Assembly: GCF_006345805.1 (NCBI RefSeq)
Contig: NC_043000.1
Span: 135,036,001-135,100,000 of the forward strand
DNA: 64,000 nucleotides
Source of the DNA: Octopus sinensis
Lineage: Eukaryota
Direction: 5' to 3'
The translations under genes were made by a program, and so were the position numbers. Shown here piece after piece: positions 53,751 to 64,000 of the stretch. Position 1 is the first letter of the stretch. The number at the start of each line of letters is the position of its first letter. Below the pieces are notes generated by a model. That model searched no databases and was not told the origin of the DNA. It worked only from the letters and a program-made list of their open reading frames with translations.

Positions 53751-53872
53751 ATAGGTATTAAGTATGTATGTACACATTCTCACTCGAATTTATGTATTGA
53801 GTACTATACCTCATATTGCACTATATATATATGTATGCATCTGTGTATATATATATATAATGTGTGTGTGTG

Positions 53873-53921
<49 letters not shown>

Positions 53922-54035
53922 ATGTATGTATATAGGTATTAAGTATGTATGTACACATTCTCACTCGAATTTATGTATTGAGTACTATACCTCATATTGC
54001 ACTATATATATATATATGCATCTGTATATATATAT

Positions 54036-54091
<56 letters not shown>

Positions 54092-54092
54092 T

Positions 54093-54139
<47 letters not shown>

Positions 54140-54301
54140 CACATATACATATATATATATATATATATTATGATATATATATATTATATACAAATATATA
54201 TATGATATATATATATATATATATTATATATTATATATATATATGATATATATATAATATATATATTATATATATATATATATATTATATTATATATAAT
54301 A

Positions 54302-54345
<44 letters not shown>
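53620..54345. repeat. Long (TA)/(GT)/(GTAT) compound microsatellite containing a tandem duplication with 181-bp spacing
   Basis: Unique core ataggtattaagtatgtatgtacacattctcactcgaatttatgtattgagtactatacctcatattgcac starts at 53751 and 53932. Confidence 0.93.
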
Positions 54346-54803
54346 CACATATATCATAAACAGAAAAATACATAAATTCACAAACGCGCACATTTACAAA
54401 GCTGCATTTGTTCTGAGCGGTGTCTCTTAGGAAAACTAATTCTGCGAGATAATATCAATTCCTTCCTTGGTTTTTGTCAAACTATTTTTAATGTAACCAA
54501 AAATGGCAAAAGGAAGAAAAGGAAATATTAATTTTTGCGTTGTTAAATGGGACATTTGGCGACATTTCTGAATCCCTTTAGCTTCCTCCAAGACTGCAGC
54601 ACATGTGTTTCATGGTTGTTTGTAATTCTTCTGTATTATTCTTTGATTTCTTCTTTCTCTCTCTTTTCTTTTTTTTTTTTTTTTTTTTTTTTGTTATGAT
54701 GGATATTTAGTTCCTGCTTGTTTTGTGAATTTGGCGGTTAGCAACATATGGTGGCTCATCATACTTAGTGGTGAAAGATAGCAACAAGTGTCTCACTCAT
54801 GTT

Positions 54804-54865
<62 letters not shown>

Positions 54866-55339
54866 GCATATATATATATACGCATATATATATATATGCG
54901 TATATTTATATATATATATATACGCATATATATATATATATACGCATATATATATATGCGTATATTTATATATATATACATATATATATATATACATACA
55001 TATATACATATATGTGAACACATACATGCACACATTGATGTACATAGATACACACTTAAAGTGTATGTAGGTGTGTGTATGTGTGTGTGTGTGTGTGTGT
55101 GTCATGGGTTCTATGTTGCACGAGCCACGCCCTCTCAGTTACACATATCAGTGTTGTATGAACCAGTTTCATGCCAAAGCGGGGGCTGAGTAATCTTCTG
55201 GTTACTTTGTATTGAGGTGCTGCACATTATCTTAGGCGAATTGGAAATATTGCTTCATGTTTCACAGCTTACTCTTTGATCAATCTCTTATCACTAACCA
55301 CCTATAGCAGCTGTAGTAGCAGCAGCAGCGGCAGTAGTA

Positions 55340-55392
<53 letters not shown>

Positions 55393-55393
<1 letters not shown>

Positions 55394-55574
55394 GCGGCGA
55401 GCTGGTAGAATCGTTAGCACGCCGGGCGAAATACTTAGCAGTATTTCGCCTGCGGTTACGTTCTGAGTTCAAATTCCGCCGAGGTCGACTTTGCCTTTCA
55501 TCCTTTCGGGGTCGATTAAATAAGCACCAGTTACGCACTGGATTCGATATATTCGACTTAATCCGTTTGTCCCC
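55393..55574 (+). mobile_element. Family-1 SINE, 3'-truncated, tail-to-tail with a family-2 SINE
   Basis: Follows (GTA)n; complete head and body. Confidence 0.9.
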
Positions 55575-55779
55575 TATGAATGCGCATCTAGGCTCAGCGG
55601 TTGCGTAGGAAGTCGGGGACAAGAAACGAGAAAAAAGAGTGAGAGAAAGTTGGGGCGAAAGAGTACAGCAGGGGTCGCCACCACCCCCTGCCGGAGCCTC
55701 GTGGAGCTTTATGTGTTTTCGCTCAATAAACACACACAATGCTCTGTCTGGGAATCGAAACCGCGATCTTCCGACCGTG
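55575..55779 (-). mobile_element. Family-2 (tRNA-Arg) SINE lacking the A-box, with another distinct 3' module
   Basis: Minus strand: ggtcggaagatcgcggtttcgattcccagac..gagcgaaaacac..aagctccacgaggctccggcaggggg. Confidence 0.85.
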
Positions 55780-55907
55780 CTGTTGCTGCTGCTACTGCTG
55801 CTGTTGTTCTTGTTTATTTGCTGAAGGGCGACAAAAACTGCAGAACACAAGCCTACAATACATCTTTTATGATAAGGTTTGGTATTGAAAGTCCTGTCAC
55901 TTAAATA

Positions 55908-55939
<32 letters not shown>

Positions 55940-56542
55940 TATAAATGTTAGTATGTATGTGTGTCATTATTCAGTTTTATTTCAAGATTTCTTGCCAATA
56001 GAGAAAGAGCCGGTTTCTAACCTAGATCCAAGGCTTCTTCATTGGAATTTAAACATCAACAGAGTATTTTTGTATGTATGTAGGGATGTATGTATGTATG
56101 TATGTATGTATGTATGTATACAAATATATGAATGACTTATTATTCGAACTCGAGTCGCAAGACAAACTCTCAATTTCGGTTTCAAGGAAAGGGACCATAT
56201 CCTCTACAACATCTATTGAGAACTCTTTTCTGATTCGTTAGACATAAAGCAACGTACGTATATATATACTAGCTTAAAAGCGGGCGACTTTGAAGCTAGC
56301 TCCTGTGGAGGGCTCTTCCTTGGGCCTTGGGCCCAAAAATGACACTTCATGCATTAATTACATATTAAATTGTATTAAACTTGATCAATATTTTTCAAGC
56401 AATGAACAATTATCATCAAAACAATGATATAATTTGTCGACTTGGAACTTATTGCAAAGCTGCGTGATAAGCATTTTTTGTCTTCCCATTCGGGTGTCAG
56501 TACGATTTATTTTTCTGTCTAACCTCTTTATTTTTCTTTCTT

Positions 56543-56598
<56 letters not shown>

Positions 56599-56991
56599 GA
56601 TTGTCTCCAGCCATAACCATCACCAGTACCCCACCAGAACTGCCATACATACACCATTCAGACTTCTGACGCCACTTCCATCAATACCTTTGACTTTGCC
56701 GCCTTTCCCTCCACCACCATAATCACTCTCCTTCATGTCGCTTACTATCACCGTCATCAATGACCACCATCATCACCGTCACCTCCGCCTCTATCACAAT
56801 TACAGCTCATACTATTACTACCATCCCATTACCATCACAACCGTCAATCTACTACCGCCCTTACCGTCTCTATGCTTACCATTACTCTCACCCCACCAGG
56901 AGGAATCGTAAAAGTGTGATCGAATAGTGAAGGACGGGGTCAAATTGTGACATACTGACACAGAAATTCGTTTTGGCAATTATTATTATAG

Positions 56992-57312
56992 ACTAACTAT
57001 TTTGACCCGCGCTTCGCTCGGAGTTTTGGTGGTGGTGTTGTTTTGTGCATATTGTCTCTTTTTCCCTTTCTTCTTTTGTTCGTCTTCTTTGCCTTTCCCA
57101 TATTCCTCACCATGGCAACCAAACGGTAGCCCCGAACGACTTGTAACCCTCCTCACACCATTGCCCACCCCATTTTACGCCCCCCCCCCCGTGTAAATTT
57201 TGGCGCCAATCCGACCCCATCTACCGGCCCTTAATCCGTTCCCATCCCAAAATGAGACAAACAACCAAGATATCAAACGACTTTTTCGCATTTCAGCTTT
57301 ATAGATATTGAT
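56992..57312 (+). mobile_element. Probable non-autonomous Helitron-type element (Lep1/HINE-like termini)
   Basis: 5' actaactattttgacccgcgcttcgctcggg; 3' ..gagacaaacaacc..caaacgactttttcgcatttcagctttatagatattgat. These resemble recalled ACTAG..CCCGCG.TTCG / CAAAC..TTTCGCATTTATA..GAT termini. Confidence 0.5.
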
Positions 57313-57409
57313 GTATGCATGTATGTATGTATACATACACACATATGTGTATGGAGAAGAATAAAAAAGATACATAGATGCTGATTGATACTTCTTAGAA
57401 AAGTGCCAG

Positions 57410-57746
57410 CTACATATTGAACATTGCACAATCACGTGCATGCAGGTGGCTTTTCAACCCAGCTTTCTTTCTTCAAGAACGTTCACAGATGTCACACTTA
57501 TTTTCCTTTTCAGTACATATGTACCGCGACGCACTTGTCGCAGTACATGATAGTAGAACACTATCATAGCAGCTCGATTTCTGCCAGGCTCATGTGATTT
57601 TAGATGGCTGGCAATCCCGACTCTTGAGAGAAGAAATAGTCCACACCCATTGCACTTCAATTCCTGTTGGGTTTCTGCTTACGGAGTGAACACTTCAAAG
57701 CAGCATGTTTCATTCGCTTTTGCCCAAAGATACCACATCTAAATTT

Positions 57747-57845
<99 letters not shown>

Positions 57846-58790
57846 CTCTCTCCCTCTCTCTCTCTCTCTCTGATGCACGGCTTTCAGCCAATGTCTTACA
57901 GACATCCATATCAATCTCCAAAGCTTTATGACTGTCTTTTATGAAGTCCTTAAACCGCTTCTTAGGTTTAAGCTCAGATCTTTTCTCCTCTGGTCAATTC
58001 CGCGTAAAATAGCTGTTTGGACTGTTTGTCTTCCACCTTGACCTCATGACGATCCCAACGTATCGTGTTCTACGTTTTCTTTTCCATATACTGATGCTAC
58101 TGGCTTTCTCAAGTACAACAATATCAGGTGTGTAAGACGCTTAAATTATCCACAGGATACTCCGGATACAATGCTGATGAAACCTTTCCGACTGCTTGAT
58201 ATAATGTTTATAAGCTGTCCACGATTAGCACCTGTACAACAAGTTTCCCGAAAGATCCCCAACTTTCGCAATCATGTGATTTATTTCAGTGTCAAGGGTA
58301 TAATATCCACAGAGTGTTCTTCCAAGGTACGCAAAGCTGTCCACCGCTTCATTCCTTTTTCCTTCCCCAAAAAATATCAAACTGCATAAATGTTTCCCAA
58401 ACTAGCGGAGTGTACATGGCCATTATATTTTTTACGCAAATGCAGTGCATGTTTTGGAGAAGGTGTCAATATCATCAATCATTTGCTGAGTGATCCAGAA
58501 AATCCGCATCATCAAAGGAACGTAAGAATGTTTTTGATTTGGTGTTGAAACGTCTTAGATTAAAGACGTTGCTAGAGGTTCTAAATTGCATGTACACTCT
58601 TAATTCTAAGTCTTAGATGGCATACGTAAGCAGCACAGCAAAGTACATGAAGAACAGAGTGGGTGCTGAAATATCACCTTGTTTGACACCGTTTTTCACT
58701 GGAACTGCCTCTGAAAGTGTCTCATTGAAGTTCACTTTTGCCTTCATGTTTTGATGTTACATACATACATATCTTATATAAGAGTTCCAC
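57410..58790 (-). mobile_element. RTE-clade LINE, RT to C-terminal zinc finger, decayed, with (TC)n insertion
   Basis: HQNMKAKVNFNETLSEAVPVKNGVKQGDISAPTLF..F..LL..A..VY.QFRT..NVFNLRRF.TK..DDADF; F.YLG.TL; C-terminal CNGCG..LSRVGIASHLKSH. Confidence 0.9.
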
Positions 58791-59903
58791 GTTGTACAAG
58801 ATTAGAGAATCTTAGCATTGTAAAGACACTGTATTACAAATAGAGATTCGATAGGCCAGTATTAATTACACTAAGGTCCTCTCACCTATCACGGTCTCCA
58901 TCTCCCTCATCCCTGTTCATTCTTTAAAGTTTGCTTTATCTCCTTCTTTCCTTCACCACCTGTTCTCCGTCTCTCTTGCTCCTTCGAACTCTCTCCACTT
59001 ATTCTCCACAGCTGATCCTATTATTCTATTCCCCAAATTCTATTTTGCATTAAGCCTGCAATGTATATACAGACGTCATAAATACTTTATTGTTTTTATT
59101 CTATTTCTCCTGCTTTGCTTACTTCTTTAATTTTTCTTTGTAAAAAAAAATGTATAATCCAAAACCTTACCTCCTCTTCCAATCCTTTCATTTAGCTTTT
59201 TTTTTTTATTTTCATTGTACACATCGGAAGATTGTTGTTGTTTCGTTTCATATTTCGACGCTTTTCAAGTCATGTGATTTCCTTATTTTACTTCATATAC
59301 AATATCCAGTTACCTCCTTGTCTCATAATCTCCTTCGTTTAACTTGTCTTATAAATGTTATATATCTTTCTCTTTTATTCACATATGAAGTTTCTGTAGG
59401 CCTACGTTCCTTATCAGTTGCATTCAGTTTTTCTAAGTTTGTGGATGTAAAATTCCTCTCCTGTGTCTCCTGTGCACATATTTGTATATGCATGTATGTA
59501 CATATATGTAAATATGTGTGTGTGCGTTTATGCATGTATGTATATATGTGTACGTATGTAAATGTGTGCATGCATGTTTTTCATATATGCAAATGACTAT
59601 GAGCGTATATGTATTTACACATATATTTATATGTATATTACTGCTGTTATTTACTTATTTTACATTTATATTATTTATTTTAAATTTTCTTCATTTAATT
59701 TTTATTCGCATTTTTACTTTATTTTTATTTTCCTCTATCTTATTCTTTATTTTACCTTATTACCCAATATATACAACTGATCAGTTAACTCTTCATCCAC
59801 ACATAACAATAAAAGATAATAACTCATTTAGTCTGCTTGTATGAACAGAAAGGTTCGCATGTAATATCTTAATGTTTCTCTGATGAAATGTAATATCTTA
59901 ATC

Positions 59904-60001
59904 TTTCTCTGATGAAATTATGCTCATAACATATAAATGGAAATTTAAAGCATAAATTTGTAATTTACCTATTGAGCTCTAATGGAAACGGCTGTAAGAA
60001 G
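59904..60001 (+). ncRNA. Minimal hammerhead-like motif with a long stem II, in an AT-rich repeat
   Basis: Stem I UUUCU/AGAAG; CUGAUGA 59909-15; stem II AUUA..GCUCA / UGAGC..UAAU; GAAA-C-ggcu-G-U-A. A 29-bp tandem duplication (59859-59887 / 59888-59916) duplicates the CUGAUGA strand. Confidence 0.55.
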
Positions 60002-60410
60002 TAAAGATTACGAATTTTTTATTATTTTAACTCTCCATTTTCTTTCTTTCATTTAACTGAACATAAGTAAACTTTCTTCTTAATACACACCTACTGATTT
60101 AAAGAAATTTCATTTCCCAAAATTACTGGGTATAAAACCAGTTTCTCCTTGGATGTAACCATCCCTTTACGAGGTTAACGTATCCCTCAAGTAACTTTAA
60201 CACACACACATATATATAAGAGAAAAAATCCATCAGAAAGGAACTCTACCTCACTCAAAATATCTTTTGATAAGCAAAACAAATGCGCAACCGGTAAAAA
60301 GAACTTTCACCTAATTAAATACACTCTCCCTTACTTAAATTATTTTGTCAGCATTTTCTTCATTTCCTTTTTTATATATCACAACTCGTGTTCCACATCT
60401 CCTTTTTTAA

Positions 60411-60475
<65 letters not shown>

Positions 60476-60505
60476 CAGAAATTTATTATTATTATTATTA
60501 TTATT

Positions 60506-61115
60506 CAGTAGTTTTATTTTTATAGCGTGCTTTCACTTCACTACCGAGCGCAGCTCTGTGTGCCTTGGTATGTGCTGTGATTTGTTGTGATGCTCTGAAG
60601 GTTATTGTATGGAAAGTGTTCTGCGTAGGATGTGTGCAGTGCCTAGTAGTGCAATTTTCTGTATGTTATATGTGTTTGTAAGTCCTGGTGTTTTTGTTAT
60701 GTATTTGTCTGAATATTATTTTATCATGCCTAATGCACCTACTATGATAGGAATTGTTTCTGTTTTCAGATTCCACATTCTAGTTACCTCTATTTCCAGG
60801 TCTTTGTATTTTGAGAGTTTCTCCATTTCTTTTAGAGACACGTTATCATCTGCCGGTATTGATACATCAATTAGAAAGCATTTTTTTTCTTCATGATCTC
60901 TGACAACTATATCTGGTCTGTTGGCATTAATTTCTCTATCTGTGTGTATCGGCATATCCCAGAGTATGGTTGCTTTCTCGTTTTCTGTGACCTTTTCTGG
61001 TGTGTGCCTATACCATCTTTTTTCTGTTGTTATTCCATAATGTTGGCATAGCTTCCAATGTATGTAGGTTCCAACTCTGTCATGTCTGTGAATATATTCC
61101 TTCTTAGCCAGGACT

Positions 61116-61116
<1 letters not shown>
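60506..61116 (-). mobile_element. R4-clade (Dong-like) non-LTR retrotransposon, 5'-truncated, inserted in (TAA)n
   Basis: RHDRVGTYIHWKLC..ILWDMPIHTDREINANRPDIVVRD..FLIDVSIPADDNVSLKEMEKLSKYKDLEIEVTRMW..PIIVGALG (restriction-like endonuclease, PD..D/E.K); after a frameshift ..IQKIALLGTAHILRRTLS*. (TAA)n lies on both sides (60482-60505, 61117-61163). Confidence 0.93.
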
Positions 61117-61164
<48 letters not shown>

Positions 61165-61207
61165 AAAAATAAATCTCTGAGCGAGATATAAACAGTAGCA
61201 GCACGAC

Positions 61208-61486
61208 ATCGTTAAGTATATTTGCCAATTAAATGTGGCTGACCTATATGGGACGATGCTACTGTAGTTTACAGGCCCAAGGAGACATCTCCTCTAGCTG
61301 GCAAATGAGACACTGTCTGTGCCCTATCAATATTTGCAAAGGGAAACTATCGTTCCCGGGTTTCTGGTAGGACACAGACAGTGTGTCATTAGCTAGCTAG
61401 AGGAGATGTGTTCTTGGGGCTATAAACTACAGCAGCATCGTCCATGTGGGTCAGCCACATTTAGGTGGCAAATATACTTCACGGTA
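61208..61486. mobile_element. MITE, TIRs of about 115 bp around a spacer of about 40 bp, probable TA target
   Basis: cgttaagtatatttgcca..aaatgtggctgacc..gacgatgct.ctgtagttta..acatctcctctagct..acactgtctgtg pairs with ..cacagacagtgt..agctagaggagatgt..taaactacag.agcatcgtc..ggtcagccacattt..tggcaaatatacttcacgg|ta. Confidence 0.9.
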
Positions 61487-62909
61487 TATATATACACATT
61501 TATATATATCCAAATATATATATATGTGTGTGTGTGTGTTTGTATTTATATATATATATGTATGTATGTTATGTTGTATGTATGTATGTATGTATGTATG
61601 TATGTATGTATGTATGTATGTATGTATGTATGTATATGTGTGTGTCTGTCGGCGTCTGTGCCTCTGTATTTAAACACAAGAGTATATTGCCATTTACACA
61701 TTATTTAGGTTTCAAACTGAATATGAACGAAAAGAGTAAGAGAAGACACGAAATTTTTAATTTACTTAACGCAATTACTGATAGCATCAACAACCCCACA
61801 AGAATTAACATTGAAGAAGAACATTTAAAGCAGGTTAATTAAATGAAAATGTGTACAATAAAGATCGAGTTGAATAATTATACGTAACACACCTTAGTCG
61901 AATACCCGAAATTTCTCAAAACTGAATAAGATTTATGTGGTATTGAATTTCTAACTCTCATCACACAATCTGAAATCTCTGTTCAACGTGGCTATATAAT
62001 CATTTAATTCACTCAATTTCTTGGATTTTATTTACTAAATACAAATATCGGTCCGTTTCTATAAATTTTCTATCAGATTGTAATCTGAAGAGTTCTCTGA
62101 TCAACGCACATCTCCAGCTTCTTTGGTTTTTATGAACGATTGGAGTATGCTTCAAATCCTTTTGGCCCTAAAAACTCCACAACTAGTAAAAATGGCTCTG
62201 TAAGGTATCATGGCTTGACCCTTAATTTGATGAATTAGATCACCCCGTTTCAATACACGTAGTGTCAAATGATAAGCTTATCAACGTCATGCTTAACCAT
62301 TGGATCCAGGTACTCTGGATAAAATTCTCTTTTCCGACATTGAACGAACACTCAAGGTTCAGAGCCGAGCAAATTAAATTTGGCAACGTGTCGTAATTAT
62401 GCTCGAGACAGTTAGATACACAGTTAGATACCAAGCGATATATATATTGAAAGTTGAACATTTTTTAAAAATACGAAATCTGTCATAATCAAATATGAAT
62501 CGAAATATGGCATCGAAGTTAATAACCCATTTCTTTCAATTTTTCTAGTTTTTTTTTTTTTTTTTGTCATTCTTGTTTAGATTCATCGTTTGATTCTTAT
62601 AAATAGCTTCCATTTTCTTTGTTTTTGTTTTCTATAAATTTTTTCAAATGTAAAACATTTATATTGTAATAATGATATCTTGATTGTTGGCTTCACTAGC
62701 AGGAATTTATGTTATCAATAGATCCATTGGTAGAGAATCGTTACTACTTTGGGACAAAAATTAAAGATGGACCGATCAGGTATTGTTATTATACTTGATT
62801 TGAAGCAATTTTTATAAATATGCATATATGTATGTATCTGTATATATATACATACATACATATATATGTATGTATGTATGTATGTATATATATATATATA
62901 TATATATAT

Positions 62910-63201
62910 GGCGGGGTAGGGCAGCGGACTCGCGGTCGTAGGATCGCGGTTTCGATTCCCAGACTGGGAGTTGTGAGTGTTTATTGAGCGAAAACACCTA
63001 AAGCTCAACGATGCTCCGGCAGGGGCTGGTGGCGATCCCTGCTGTACTCTTTCACCACGACTTTCTCTCACTCTTTCTTCTGTTGGCCTGCTCGCTTAGC
63101 TAGCGGGGTGGCGTTATTTGAAGGCTAAAACAATGCGAAGCGCATTGTGACCAGCGATGTGTAGCAACATCTGATAGCCTGGTCGGTCACGGTGATCACG
63201 G

Positions 63202-63204
<3 letters not shown>
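62910..63204 (+). mobile_element. Family-2 (tRNA-Arg) SINE head fused to the 3' module also seen alone at 8625 and 32350
   Basis: Head identical in type to 44334 up to ..ctttctctcactct, then diverges into ttcttctgttggcctgctcgcttagc..gatagcctggtcggtcacggtgat. Flanked by (TA)n. Confidence 0.9.
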
Positions 63205-63262
<58 letters not shown>

Positions 63263-63497
63263 TGAGTGTATTTTTACCTTGTTAACAATTAACACGGAAA
63301 AATAAATAAATAGTTACCAGGGCAGCAAAAATCTCACAAGTAAAGATGTTGTAACTCCTTGTTTATAAAGGTTGAAACTATCCCGAAGAGAAGATTGCAT
63401 TGTTTATACCATTTATTCTTTTGAATAGTATCAGTGGAATTTTCGAAACATGTGTCGAAAGTAAAAATACTTGTTTAAACCTGCGTTAACTCCATTT

Positions 63498-63535
<38 letters not shown>

Positions 63536-64000
63536 CAGCTAGATGAGTAGAGAGAGAAAGGGATAGAGATACACATGTATATACACATACGTTCGTACGT
63601 ATATACATGCGTGTGGTGGGGGGTACAAATAGAGCGAGTTATAGATAGCTATATTAGATAGATTGAATGTCCCGAGTTAACCTTAAATAATAATGAGAAA
63701 TGATCAATTCCTTGACCACTTCATCCCTTTCTTGGTCATTGCATGTCTGAAAATGCATTATCCGAAGTGTCACACTTTATCAAGACGGTAGGCTACAATT
63801 TGAATTCGAAGTATTTATGTTTACTATTTTTAGCCAGTTCTATGTCCGTGTAGAGCAGTGTTGCTTAAACCTTTTTTTTTTGTTTTTGTATCATCCAACC
63901 CCTCTTTTATGTATTTTGTTATGCCTAGCTCCCACGAGTGAGGTATCACGACTAAACTAACTTAACATGGATAAGAATTAAGTTTTACTCATGAGATCTC

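Noticed and set aside
62118-62204. Open 87-nt phase 2-2 exon candidate (FFGFYERLEYASNPFGPKNSTTSKNGSV)
   Set aside because: Isolated, moderate splice sites, no recognisable homology or compatible neighbours.

Overview
AT-rich, microsatellite-dense animal genomic DNA. It is most likely Octopus or another cephalopod, judged from the tRNA-Arg-headed SINEs and the TE complement (recalled, not database-checked). No complete, recognisable host gene is present. Almost every ORF in the supplied track is either a microsatellite translation or a transposon remnant. Recognisable content: three tRNA-derived SINE families (about 20 copies, several with clear TSDs), CR1-like, RTE, Tx1/L1 and R4/Dong non-LTR fragments, two Penelope-like fragments (one RT, one GIY-YIG), mariner remnants, two MITEs and a probable non-autonomous Helitron. 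A few isolated + strand exon candidates with canonical splice sites could belong to an unannotated, lineage-specific gene (low confidence). The most unusual structures are: (1) a 1-kb interlocked inverted duplication (A-B-A'-B', 48050-49070) carrying two opposite-facing, structurally complete minimal hammerhead ribozymes; (2) two Tx1-type copies stacked in one (GATA)n array with identical 3' junction register and no poly(A); (3) a 'one head, many bodies' SINE array joined at a fixed internal site; (4) several more minimal hammerhead motifs in non-coding repeats; (5) fold-back hairpins with 2-nt loops at repeat junctions. Coordinates were read by eye; the ends of decayed elements are approximate.
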